NCBI GenBank assembly: GCA_013166775.1
Contig: JABLTJ010000009.1
Coordinates: 35,931-99,930 of the forward strand
Origin: Promethearchaeati archaeon
GTDB taxonomy: Archaea > Asgardarchaeota > Heimdallarchaeia > Heimdallarchaeales > Heimdallarchaeaceae
Reading direction: 5' to 3'
DNA length: 64,000 nt
Shown here: positions 28,286 to 38,705 of the stretch, one piece after another
How the letters are laid out: the number at the start of each line of letters is the position of its first letter
How positions within the stretch are numbered: the stretch's first letter is position 1
The notes under the pieces: model-generated
Seen by the model: the letters and a program-made list of their open reading frames with translations, nothing else
Told to the model about the DNA's origin: nothing
Database searches by the model: none
Program-made: the position numbers and the translations under genes

Positions 28286-29545
28286 TTATTTATCAGATAG
28301 ACATTCAATAGCTGGAAGAAGAACACCTCTCATTACTTCAAGGCTTGCTCCACCGCCTGTAGAAATGAATGATACTTCATCTTGAAAACCAAATTTCTCA
28401 AATGCAGCAGCAGAGTCTCCCCCACCAATTATTGTGAATATTTCTTTCTCAATTAGATATCGTGCAATTTCTCTAGTTCCATTTTCGAATTCTTTCTTCT
28501 CAAAAACACCTAACGGACCTTGCCATATTACTTGCTCTGACTGACTCAAGATTTTTTTATAAATCTCGATTGTTTCTTCACCAATATCAACTCCAACATG
28601 TTCATCTCCAATTTCTGTTATTGGAACTGTTTTAATTTCTGTTGGGTAGTCTAATTCATCACACACAACTACATCACGAGGTAGGTAAATTTTTGTACTA
28701 TAGTTATTTGCTTCTTTAAGATAATACTTGATGTTATCAAGACGAGTCAAATCACGAACAGATTTACCTATTGAATAACCTTTAGCTAAAAGAAAGGTAT
28801 ACGCCATTCCACCTCCAATAAGAACATTATCTGCTAAACCAATTAGATACTTTATAACATCTAGTTTGTCTTCTACTTTTTTTCCACCCAAAATTACAGT
28901 AAAAGGACGTTTTGGTTTCTCAATACAATGTGTTAGAAATTTCATCTCTTTCTCCATTAAAAAGCCATATCCCTTTTGTTTGAAATATGGACAAACACCA
29001 TAGGTTGAGGAATGTTTTCGATGTGCTGTTGCAAAAGCATCAGTCACATAAATATCAGCTAAACTAGCAAGTTCTCCAGAAAAAATAGGATCATTATCTT
29101 TTTCTTGGGGATGAAATCGTGGATTTTCTAATAATAATATTTCTCCCTTTTTCAGATTCTTTACCATGTTTTCTACTTCAGGACCTACGCAATCAGGGGC
29201 ATGGAATATTCTAACAAATGGTAAATACTCTTTTAATCTCTTATAAATTGGGGCTAACCTTAAATCTTCCGATTTCTGTCCGCCAGGTCTCCCCAAGTGG
29301 GAAACTAAAATAATCCTGCAATTCTCATTCAGAAGATAATGAATAGTGGGAAGAGTCATTCGAATTCTTCTAGAATCAGTTATATTTCCATACTCATCTA
29401 AAGGTACATTAAAATCTACTCTTACTAGAACCCTCTTATTCTTCAAATCTAAATCAGTTATCGACATCTTTTCGCGAAATTTTAGCATTCCAGAAAGATC
29501 TCTCTCACTCAAATTGGATTCTTCTTTTTGATCTGTGATAAGCAT
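28286..29545 (-). CDS. pgk: Phosphoglycerate kinase
   Basis: 'RVDFNVP', 'SHLGRP', 'LLENPRF', 'STGGGASLE'; true start may be slightly downstream. Confidence 0.95.
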   Translation of the reverse strand: MLITDQKEESNLSERDLSGMLKFREKMSITDLDLKNKRVLVRVDFNVPLDEYGNITDSRRIRMTLPTIHYLLNENCRIILVSHLGRPGGQKSEDLRLAPIYKRLKEYLPFVRIFHAPDCVGPEVENMVKNLKKGEILLLENPRFHPQEKDNDPIFSGELASLADIYVTDAFATAHRKHSSTYGVCPYFKQKGYGFLMEKEMKFLTHCIEKPKRPFTVILGGKKVEDKLDVIKYLIGLADNVLIGGGMAYTFLLAKGYSIGKSVRDLTRLDNIKYYLKEANNYSTKIYLPRDVVVCDELDYPTEIKTVPITEIGDEHVGVDIGEETIEIYKKILSQSEQVIWQGPLGVFEKKEFENGTREIARYLIEKEIFTIIGGGDSAAAFEKFGFQDEVSFISTGGGASLEVMRGVLLPAIECLSDK

Positions 29546-29708
29546 TAACGTTCCACCGTATTTCGCAAATACGTATTTGTAATATGTATTTTAGCAACTA
29601 TAATCTATATGCATAATAAAAAGATTGCTCAAGAGTCTTATCCATCTGTTTTATTTGTCAAAACTACTGAATGGTAAAGAATTAAAATTCTATGATTTAT
29701 TGAGTATT

Positions 29709-30206
29709 ATGGAAGAGAACTTCAATGCAAGTTTGACTTTTACAATCCGTGAATTCAACTTATCAGATATTGACTTTATAGTAGAAATTTGGGTTGATAT
29801 TCTAAACTGGCATGCTGAATTCGATCAAGAGTTCATTTTAGATCCTGAAGGACGAACGAATTTCAGGTTTGTACTAAAATCTGCTTTTAGTGATCCATCT
29901 CAAACAGTATATATCGCCTTACATGAAGAAGAAATAGTAGGATTTGTTTATGGATACATCAAGAAGCATTCTGGTTTTTTTAAGAAAAGGACAGTAGCCC
30001 ATGTTTCCGATATAGCAGTGAAAGAGAATTATAGAAGGAAGGGAATTGGAACAGCTCTTATGAGACGATTTGAGCTTGATTTTGCTAGAAAAAATGGTGT
30101 AAACGGTTTATCTCTCTATGTTCATTTTAATAATGAACAAGGCTTGAATTTTTATGAGAAACTTGGATTTGATATAAAACTTGCTTCAATGAGAAAGAAT
30201 CTTTAG
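29709..30206 (+). CDS. GNAT family N-acetyltransferase
   Basis: 'IAVKENYRRKGIGTALM', 'N..GLNFYEKLGF'. Confidence 0.9.
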   Translation: MEENFNASLTFTIREFNLSDIDFIVEIWVDILNWHAEFDQEFILDPEGRTNFRFVLKSAFSDPSQTVYIALHEEEIVGFVYGYIKKHSGFFKKRTVAHVSDIAVKENYRRKGIGTALMRRFELDFARKNGVNGLSLYVHFNNEQGLNFYEKLGFDIKLASMRKNL

Positions 30207-30209
30207 ATT

Positions 30210-30632
30210 TTAAAGAATTAAACCCAATCCCAAGTGATTCGTTGGTAGGTATGATCCATCTTTCTTTTGAAAACCCATTCCATTCCCGATTGCAGATATT
30301 GGTAATTGAATACAACCTTTAATTATTTCAACAGCTACTTCGATTTTGGTTTTAGGCAGCAAAGTGTCTTCTGTTTTAAAAGTGAAATCCCCTGGCACTG
30401 TAGAGACAAGATTTTCTGAAATAACGACTTCATCATCAATTATCAATTTCATAATAGCTTCAGTTTGTTCCTGAATGGACTCGATTCTTATTATAATTCC
30501 ATTAATGCCTTCTTTGAAAAGTAAAGCGGAAAAAACTTGTTTCACTTCTGGAATTGCATGTCCAATTTTCTTACTTCTTGGAAGTTTTGAGTCAGGACTA
30601 TACCCCCATATAATTGTCATGAATTTCATCAC
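30210..30632 (-). CDS. Hypothetical protein
   Basis: ORF with GGTGA SD-like site at the start. Confidence 0.65.
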   Translation of the reverse strand: MMKFMTIIWGYSPDSKLPRSKKIGHAIPEVKQVFSALLFKEGINGIIIRIESIQEQTEAIMKLIIDDEVVISENLVSTVPGDFTFKTEDTLLPKTKIEVAVEIIKGCIQLPISAIGNGMGFQKKDGSYLPTNHLGLGLIL

Positions 30633-30770
30633 CTATGTAGAGAATATTACATTCAAGATATATTGCAACAACTATTACTGTTATTAAGTCTTTAATCAGT
30701 TATTGAAAGAATGTATACTACTATTTGAACTCTTTTAAAAAAATAAAAGGAAAAAAAGGAGGAAAAGAGT

Positions 30771-31856
30771 TTATCTTTTTCTTCTAATTAGTGCGTAAAT
30801 TGTTCCAATTGCGACTAGTGGTATAATTGCGAATAGGAATGCAAATGGTGTATCATCAGCTGAGATTACTGGAATACCAAAGTAGTTGATAATGTTGTTT
30901 GTGAACATCATACCAAAATGTTCTCCACCATTATATACTCCAGTTTCAGTGTACATATTATACATAAATTTGTAATATGTATAGAATGCTTCACCTGCAG
31001 CGATAACATAGCTGTGAATGTCTAGTGAATGAATTAAATCTTCAAAGACAACACCAGGATAAAATCCATCGCCGAGTTCATCAGGATCTAGTGCATAAAT
31101 ATCATAGTCTCCATCAGTTACATCAGAATCATCAGATGTAGCGTTTTGACCATACCACCATAGTGTTTCAACAAATCTTGGGAATGCAATACCTCTCATA
31201 TCCTTTAGTCCAGCAGATGTGTTAGCTAGAATTGAGCAAGGACCATGTAAGATAATACCAGCATCACAACCAGCTGTTAAAGCTTCTCCAACAAGCCCTA
31301 CACCTGGTGTATTATCTGTTTCTGCATTTAGCGCACGACCGCTGATTGTTGCTGCAACACGATAGGATGCACCATCACTGTCAACAGGATCAGAGATTGA
31401 TGTACCATCGAGTCTGATAATTGCTCCTAGGTAATCTAATACTGTGTTTATTGGATAGTTAGAGAAGTAACCACCGTAATCACTGTCACCTGAAACGACC
31501 AAAAGTCTGTTTTCAAGCATCATCCATCTCTTGATTTCTACAAGTTCTTCCATGGTGAAGTTGTAATCACTTTGAGTTAAGAACAGTATTGAAGCTTCGT
31601 TTGGAATACTCCAAGTCCATTTTTTGTCTACGCCTGTATCATTCAGAAGTATGACTTCATTCCCGGCTAATGTTATATTGTTAATTAACGGATCTAAATC
31701 AAACTCTGTTGTGTGAAATCCACCATGGTATAAATCAATGACAACTACTATGTTTGATACATTGATATATGAGGGTGGTGGAAGTGCTGCTGGAGATACC
31801 ATACCGGCAACCATTCCCACAATTAGAATTGACGCTAGAATATATTTTCTTTTCAT
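30771..31856 (-). CDS. Secreted GldG/IFT52-like (class I GATase-like fold) protein with a C-terminal anchor
   Basis: 'VVVIDLYHG', 'FT.EELVEIKRWM....LLVVSGDSDY', 'N.VLD.LG..IR'; ends TPF-TM-RRKR. Confidence 0.6.
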   Translation of the reverse strand: MKRKYILASILIVGMVAGMVSPAALPPPSYINVSNIVVVIDLYHGGFHTTEFDLDPLINNITLAGNEVILLNDTGVDKKWTWSIPNEASILFLTQSDYNFTMEELVEIKRWMMLENRLLVVSGDSDYGGYFSNYPINTVLDYLGAIIRLDGTSISDPVDSDGASYRVAATISGRALNAETDNTPGVGLVGEALTAGCDAGIILHGPCSILANTSAGLKDMRGIAFPRFVETLWWYGQNATSDDSDVTDGDYDIYALDPDELGDGFYPGVVFEDLIHSLDIHSYVIAAGEAFYTYYKFMYNMYTETGVYNGGEHFGMMFTNNIINYFGIPVISADDTPFAFLFAIIPLVAIGTIYALIRRKR

Positions 31857-32346
31857 ATATTTTCACCGCACTTTAATGTGCATTAATACTTGAAGTTAGA
31901 CTTTCTTAAATGTTTCCCAAATAAATAGTGAAACAATCAATTAAAGTAAAACATCTTTTCATCAAACCATTGATTAATTTTTGAAACATTTTAATAATTG
32001 GAATAGATTTGTAGAATGAGGTAAACCATGAAGATATTTGCTAAAGTTATAAAGAACAGAAGAACTACTTTTATTATATTTCTGCACAATGATTATGTTT
32101 TACACTTCAATGAATGATTTTTTTTATTTTTTTGTGCTGTTTCATGTGAAGAAGTAAGATATACGTTTCAAAGAAGTTCAATCTGTTCAATCATGTTTCT
32201 GGAATTGGGTGTATAGTAATATTTTGTAAAACTCCGACAATATTACGTATGTTTATAATTTAAGCAAATCTAATCTGAGTATGAAGAAAAAACGAACACT
32301 CACAGAGCTTCAAGATGAGAAACAATAATTTGTTTGTGATTCAACT

Positions 32347-33951
32347 ATGATTGATTTATTACTTATCAAAGATAACAAGATTATTAGTATCAACTCACAA
32401 ACAGTCGCACAGATAGGGGATAGTATACTAGTTTCTGGGAAGGAAGAGAACATACCTTTTGTTCAACCAAGAAAAGATCCCAAATTACACATCTTACTTA
32501 TGTCACCCATTGGGACAATTATTGATTCTTGTCAAGTTCGATTAAATGAAACTGGATTACAACAAGTATATAATTTTCCAATTACAGAAGATTTATTTTC
32601 AGGTTCCTATGTAATGCAAATTGATGGAGAGTTCAAGAGACGAGATAAAATTAACATCAAGACAAATATGCAATTGTTGAACAGATGGATTTTCTCGTAT
32701 GGAGTTAATATAACCAATCCGAACAATGTTCCACTAAACAATTTTGTATTAGATGTAATGATTCCTCCAAATATATCTCCCATTCAGCAAATTACTAAAC
32801 TCATTTCAAATTTCAAACCATCAAAGCTTATAAGTGATAAAGATGGCAATAGATGGTTAAGATTTTCTTTTCCACAAATCGATCCCAATGAGACGATAAA
32901 GATTGCGTATAGAGCTTTTGTTATCACAAGATTAATTGCATATGATATCACTCGTATAAAGAACGAAGAAGATGTCAAAGATGATCTCTATCCTGAAACG
33001 TATTCTATATACACAAAACCTGAACCATTTATTGAATCTACTCACCCATCAATTCTAAAAATAGTACAAAAATTTAATTCCTATACTCCTTTAGGAAAAA
33101 TTTTTGCTTTTCTTAAATTCATCAAAAATAACTTTGATTATATTCCTCTTGATGGTGATTTTGGTCCTATTTTTGCACTAGAAAATCGTTATGGTGATTG
33201 TACAGAGTTTGCAACACTCTTTGTTAGTTTATGTAGAGCTGCTAAAATTCCTGCAAGATTAACGACAAGTATAATCTTAAATGAACTGGAGGGGTGGGAA
33301 TACCATTCCCAAGCAGAATTCTTCACTAAGGGGATATGGTTTCCAATTGATCCGACACTTCAGCAAGATATTCGGTATCTCTATAGAAATCCGAATTGCA
33401 TAATTCTTCAGAGAGGTAATACTCTTGGAGACTCTCCAACAAGAGAAATAAGATATCGATATGATAATATAGAGAATTTAGACCTAAATGTTCGTACACA
33501 CAAGGAAGCTGTTTTTGATAAAAATCGAATTGTAGGAAAGGTATCTGAAACACTTTCTGAAAAAAAGTTAAAGGATAAAGGCTCATTTTTTGAACACGTT
33601 TCATGGAATTTTTCGATACCTAGCCTTGATCTTGAGCAGCAAGAAAAAAGTATAGAAATTAAAGCTATATCACCAGAAACTGCGCCTATACATAAGCCAT
33701 TCAGCATTCCAGTTCATTTATACAACAGAAATGATGAGGATATCATTGGAACATTAAGAGTTTCATTTGTTAGAGGGGGGATTTACACAAGCCAACTTTA
33801 TTCTATGAGATTGAATGAAAATTCTCATGAACCTAAGATGATTGAAATCCCAGCAACTAATTTTCTTGGGAGTACCTTAATCGAACTCATATTCCAGGAT
33901 GAAAATGGTGGAAAAATAGGCTACGAACAAAAAAAGATTCTTTTCCAATAA
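32347..33951 (+). CDS. Transglutaminase-like domain protein
   Basis: 'GDCTEFATLFVSLCRAAKIPAR', 'YHSQAEF', 'WFPIDPT' give a Cys-His-Asp triad. Confidence 0.88.
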   Translation: MIDLLLIKDNKIISINSQTVAQIGDSILVSGKEENIPFVQPRKDPKLHILLMSPIGTIIDSCQVRLNETGLQQVYNFPITEDLFSGSYVMQIDGEFKRRDKINIKTNMQLLNRWIFSYGVNITNPNNVPLNNFVLDVMIPPNISPIQQITKLISNFKPSKLISDKDGNRWLRFSFPQIDPNETIKIAYRAFVITRLIAYDITRIKNEEDVKDDLYPETYSIYTKPEPFIESTHPSILKIVQKFNSYTPLGKIFAFLKFIKNNFDYIPLDGDFGPIFALENRYGDCTEFATLFVSLCRAAKIPARLTTSIILNELEGWEYHSQAEFFTKGIWFPIDPTLQQDIRYLYRNPNCIILQRGNTLGDSPTREIRYRYDNIENLDLNVRTHKEAVFDKNRIVGKVSETLSEKKLKDKGSFFEHVSWNFSIPSLDLEQQEKSIEIKAISPETAPIHKPFSIPVHLYNRNDEDIIGTLRVSFVRGGIYTSQLYSMRLNENSHEPKMIEIPATNFLGSTLIELIFQDENGGKIGYEQKKILFQ

Positions 33952-33987
33952 ATTAGAAAAAAAAGAAAAGAAAAGAAAAGGAGGGAA

Positions 33988-36882
33988 TTAAATTCCAGTT
34001 ATTGCTTCTGCTCTTGAACCTAGTATAACATTTGTGATTATCAAGCTCAATACTTGCAATATCATTAGGATTACTCCCAATGCGCAGAATATTTGGAATT
34101 TAAGTGGATTCCACGCCATATACCATGTCAAGGTTCCAGCTCTTGATTCAAAAATTAGGAATATTGTCGTAGAAACCTCAGATAGACAGTAAATAAAAGA
34201 AACCAAAGAACCAGCAAATACATTCAAAGAAATTAAAGGAATTGTTACTTTGGCGAAAGTTTGAACTCTACTTGCACCAAGGTTAAAGGATGCTTCCTCT
34301 AGAACTTCATCTGTTTGTTGTAATCCTGCAAACGCAGATCTCACTGTGAATGGAATTTTCCTGACCGTATAACTCATTACTAGTAGAGTAACTGCAACTC
34401 CAATGAATGGATCGAGTCTGAGTGATGATGTAACATTCGCCATCATATTATTGAACCAATTTGGATTTCGTGATGCAATTCCGCTCCAATCAAAGGATCT
34501 ATAGTATCCTATGGCTAGAACTATTCCAGGTATTGCAATTGGAATAGTTACCAAAGCATCTACAAGATTTTTTCCTCTGAAATCTTTTCTGGCTATAACA
34601 TACGCAGCTAAGGATCCGATAATAACAATCAACACCGTAGCTATAACACTATAAACAAGCGTATTTACTACAAATGGTGGGATATTATACACAGATGAAA
34701 CAAAGATTACTTTGTAATTTTCAAATGTAAACTTTATATCCGCTGCCGTTCTCGGGCCTAGAGTTTTCATGATAGACATCAAGAAAACTCCAACATGTAC
34801 TAATAATGAAAAAACAAACAGAATTATTAGAAATGGATAAATAAAGAGCAATTTCCATCTTGGTTTTGAGATCCTATACTGCCCAGCTCTTCCTTTACTA
34901 ATCATAGAATATTTTCGAAGAGATACATATTTACGAATCACAAAGAATCCGATTAACGCTAGGATAAGGAGAATACCACCTAGAACGCAGACTTCTGGCG
35001 TGATTACTGAAGTTCCTGCTCTTGCATATTTTTCAAACACATAATAAGTAAGATAATTTCTAGCGGCATTATCACCCATTGCTGCAAAGATAATAGGGGT
35101 TCCAACATCCTCCATAGCAAGAATTAATACCAAAATGGATCCTGCACCTATACCTGGCATTGCAAGAGGTAGGGTTACTGAAGTGAATAATTTGAAGCTA
35201 CCCGCACCAAGATTTTCAGCAGACTCTTCCATACTTGGATCAATGTTAATAAATGAGGAAAATGCATTCAAATAGATTAAAGCATAGAAGTGGGAAGTCT
35301 GCACAAAGCAGATAGCAACAAATCCAGTCAGAATTATTTTAGAACCAAATAGAGGAGTAAGTATGAAGTTATTAATAAAACCTGAAGGTCCAAGAATCAA
35401 ACGAAAACCCATTCCTGAAATGAATGGGGGAATGATTAACGGAGCTAAAGCTAACATACTAACTATTCTTTTTCCAGGAAATTCATACCTAGCTAAGATA
35501 AAAGCAAGAGCTGTTCCGAGTAAGATTGAAAATACAGTAGTACTTACACCTAGTATTATAGTGTTTAATACCACACCTCTGTTTTTCCCACTGAAAGTGA
35601 AAACTTTTATTTTTGCAGTATCGTTATAATTGGCAATTTCTGTGAGACTGGAAGGAGAGGATATATAAAAGATAGTTGTACCCCCTTTCTCTTGAGCGAG
35701 AAAAATCCTGTTATTTGCTGCGTCAATAAAAACATCTTGAGTTCTAAATTGTGCAGTTTCATGTCTGGTTGTTTCTATGATATTAGAAGTATTAGTGACA
35801 TCTAGTAATTTAATTCCATAGTTGAAGCTGAGATCATTAATTATTGTCACTACAACATAGTCACCTATTAAATCCACACCAGCAGATTTTTCTCCATTTT
35901 CTGAGTTTTCAAAATCACCAATATATGTGATGTTTTCAGGATCACTTACGTTGAGCATTGCAAAACCATCATTGTGAGCAATATATGCAATATCATTTTC
36001 AACCTTGATATCTTGAGTCCTTAGATCACTATCCTGTATATCAATGAATTTTGTATAAGTTTTAACATAATCTGGTTGAGATGGATCACTAATATCATAA
36101 ACCATTATACCGGTAGAGTAACCTACAACATATACATAGGCATCTTGAATGGCTAAATTATAGACATCTGTATCGATTGAAACATTTGCTATTATTTCAG
36201 GGGATGTAACATCGGCTACATCTATAATTGTGAAACCTTTTCCATTATTATCAAGAAAAATTAAATCATCATATATTTGAATGAAATCTGTGGTATTTGC
36301 AATCTCAGGAAGAAAAGTAATAGGAACAAATTCATCTTCAACAGTAGATAAATTGAATACTACTAAACCACTTAGACCTCCAGCAGCAAAGAGATAATCA
36401 TCTTGTATTACCATATCTGAAAATGAGGAAATTTCGTCAAAGTATTCAGCAATTTCTACTATATTATCCGTATCTGAAATATCCAGAACTTCTATTCCTT
36501 GCGTTCTTTCTGAAACGAAAACTAGATCGTCCTTATATTCAAAAGAAGTTGCGGGACCACCCAAGTCCTCTTCACTTTTTTCAAAGAAATAACTAAATTC
36601 TTCTCCTCTGAAATCAAAAAAGATAGGATCAGTGAAAACATTACTAATGGGTTTCCCTGACCATGCTCCTTCGAAGTATACAGCTCCTGAAAGGACTGTG
36701 AAAAGGGGGATTACCATCCATACAATGAAGACAAAAACTACAACTACAATAATAAAATTTGTAGATGGATCTCTCAAAAGCTTCTTATATAGAAAATCGA
36801 TAACTGAACGATTAGTTTTTTTACCTTTTTTTCCCGTTTTTTCTATTTTTGCTTTCTTCTTTGAATCTGTCATTTCAAACAT
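33988..36882 (-). CDS. Fe3+/thiamine-type ABC permease (FbpB-like, two TMDs) with an inserted LVIVD-repeat extracellular domain
   Basis: Two EAA loops ('EESAENLGA', 'EEASFNLGA'); ~300-aa insert with 'GIEVLDISD', 'GFTIIDVAD', 'GIMVYDISDP' repeats. Confidence 0.88.
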   Translation of the reverse strand: MFEMTDSKKKAKIEKTGKKGKKTNRSVIDFLYKKLLRDPSTNFIIVVVVFVFIVWMVIPLFTVLSGAVYFEGAWSGKPISNVFTDPIFFDFRGEEFSYFFEKSEEDLGGPATSFEYKDDLVFVSERTQGIEVLDISDTDNIVEIAEYFDEISSFSDMVIQDDYLFAAGGLSGLVVFNLSTVEDEFVPITFLPEIANTTDFIQIYDDLIFLDNNGKGFTIIDVADVTSPEIIANVSIDTDVYNLAIQDAYVYVVGYSTGIMVYDISDPSQPDYVKTYTKFIDIQDSDLRTQDIKVENDIAYIAHNDGFAMLNVSDPENITYIGDFENSENGEKSAGVDLIGDYVVVTIINDLSFNYGIKLLDVTNTSNIIETTRHETAQFRTQDVFIDAANNRIFLAQEKGGTTIFYISSPSSLTEIANYNDTAKIKVFTFSGKNRGVVLNTIILGVSTTVFSILLGTALAFILARYEFPGKRIVSMLALAPLIIPPFISGMGFRLILGPSGFINNFILTPLFGSKIILTGFVAICFVQTSHFYALIYLNAFSSFINIDPSMEESAENLGAGSFKLFTSVTLPLAMPGIGAGSILVLILAMEDVGTPIIFAAMGDNAARNYLTYYVFEKYARAGTSVITPEVCVLGGILLILALIGFFVIRKYVSLRKYSMISKGRAGQYRISKPRWKLLFIYPFLIILFVFSLLVHVGVFLMSIMKTLGPRTAADIKFTFENYKVIFVSSVYNIPPFVVNTLVYSVIATVLIVIIGSLAAYVIARKDFRGKNLVDALVTIPIAIPGIVLAIGYYRSFDWSGIASRNPNWFNNMMANVTSSLRLDPFIGVAVTLLVMSYTVRKIPFTVRSAFAGLQQTDEVLEEASFNLGASRVQTFAKVTIPLISLNVFAGSLVSFIYCLSEVSTTIFLIFESRAGTLTWYMAWNPLKFQIFCALGVILMILQVLSLIITNVILGSRAEAITGI

Positions 36883-37019
36883 TCCGTTTTCTTATTCTCG
36901 AATGTTATAGAAATTAATACTTTTTGAATTTTCTCCTTAAATTTATAAAAAACATTGAAGAAATAATCAAATACTAATCAACTAATGAGAAAAACAAAAG
37001 AAAAAAAAGGAAAAAAGAA

Positions 37020-38513
37020 TTATTTCTGTTTTCTTCTTCGTATAATAGTTAATGCTGCCATGAAAATTGTTGATATAAGAACAGGAGCTATAATGAATGG
37101 AGTTTCTTCGTCTTCACATGTTCCTTCTATTTGACAAATTATATTAGCATATCTAGCTTTTGCCATAGAACGCCATTCTGTCTCTAATTCAGAAGCTCTT
37201 GTTGCGCTACTTTGATATTCTTCATTCAATGTCAAAGCATCTGCCATGGTATAGGGTATTTCTCCCATTTCATAAGCTAAATCTTGAAACTGAGTACCGT
37301 TTATAGTTTCATCATCTAATGCAGTAAGAAGAGTACCCCAAGTATTTCTTAGGTTATTATGTAAACCTGCGATAGTTTCATGGAAGTAGTAAATTGTAAA
37401 TTGTAGCAAATCAGTTTCGAGATTTTCATCAAATTCTATCCCTTCATTGGCAAGAGTATCATTGTAAAGAGAATAAAGATCTGTTCTGGTTTGTCCATAA
37501 GGTGTTTGAAAGGCGTCTGCTACTGCAGGAAGTCTGTCTAATCCTTCATGCATCCAAGTATTTTGACCTTCTAGTGAGAATAGATACTCAAAAAATGCAT
37601 TAGCTCCATCGAAATTGTCACAAAAAGAAGCTATTGCAATTGGATCACCATTAACTATAGATTGACCTTCTGGGATTATATATTCGGTATTAGGATTTTC
37701 TCTTTTAGCTATAACACCATAAAAATCAATAGTCATACCAATACCAACATCACCAGTAACTACTGCTGCTCTAGTATCGACAGAACCAGGATAGATACCT
37801 GAATTAGCACCTATTCTTGTAAGAATAGACCATCCTTCTTCCCAACCAAAAGCTTGTAGTATAATTGACACAATTTTGGTGTTAGATGTGGTAAGAGGGG
37901 GATCTCCAAAACTAACCGCCTTTATATTTGGACCAAGATAGTATGTAGGTGTTGCTAATTCTTCCCATGTATTAGGAACAGGAAGACCATAATCATCTAA
38001 GAAATCATGATTTACTGTAAAACCGAAAGAAGAAATTGCATTTCCAATCCATATGAGATTATCAGAGGCATCATATGATTTAATAGCTAAACCAGCTACT
38101 TCATCAGGAACAACAGCATTCAGTAGATCAATTAGAGTTTGATTATCAATGTGATATAGCAGACCATAATCGTCCATAGTATTGAACAGAGCAGGACCGC
38201 CACCCCAAGCTACATCAATAGATTTGCTAGGATCTTCAAGAAGTTTTTTCCAACCTGCATCTGTCGATGCTGAATTAAACACTAAACTAGTAATTCCAGC
38301 GTTAATTGCGTAATCTGAAGCTAGGAAGGCAGATGTAAATTCATTGGTTATTGTTACGTCGTGTCTTGTTACAAATGAAAGAATACTTGCTTGATCAAGA
38401 TTTTCAGATGCAACTACACTATCATCAACAACAGCATTAGTCATAAGAATTGTCATACTAAAAGTTAAAGTTGTAACTAGTAATACAACTAGAAATAGTT
38501 TTTTCATTTTCAT
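37020..38513 (-). CDS. ABC substrate-binding protein (Fe3+/thiamine family) with a C-terminal anchor
   Basis: 'IDVAWGGG', 'PNTWEELA', 'GWEEGW', 'IDFYG'; directly upstream of the permease. Confidence 0.88.
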   Translation of the reverse strand: MKMKKLFLVVLLVTTLTFSMTILMTNAVVDDSVVASENLDQASILSFVTRHDVTITNEFTSAFLASDYAINAGITSLVFNSASTDAGWKKLLEDPSKSIDVAWGGGPALFNTMDDYGLLYHIDNQTLIDLLNAVVPDEVAGLAIKSYDASDNLIWIGNAISSFGFTVNHDFLDDYGLPVPNTWEELATPTYYLGPNIKAVSFGDPPLTTSNTKIVSIILQAFGWEEGWSILTRIGANSGIYPGSVDTRAAVVTGDVGIGMTIDFYGVIAKRENPNTEYIIPEGQSIVNGDPIAIASFCDNFDGANAFFEYLFSLEGQNTWMHEGLDRLPAVADAFQTPYGQTRTDLYSLYNDTLANEGIEFDENLETDLLQFTIYYFHETIAGLHNNLRNTWGTLLTALDDETINGTQFQDLAYEMGEIPYTMADALTLNEEYQSSATRASELETEWRSMAKARYANIICQIEGTCEDEETPFIIAPVLISTIFMAALTIIRRRKQK

Positions 38514-38705
38514 TTTATCTTCAACCTTTTTGTTGATATCAAATTAATATCAGATTACGTTCATATTATCAGACTATAAATTTTTTGTAGTGATGAAATA
38601 ATCTTCTGAGTTAGTTAGCAAAATGTCTATACATATAACTTTAGATGTTTTTTTATCACTTTAAGCTTAATTAATTCCTCTATTGTCAAAGAAAAAAATT
38701 CAATA

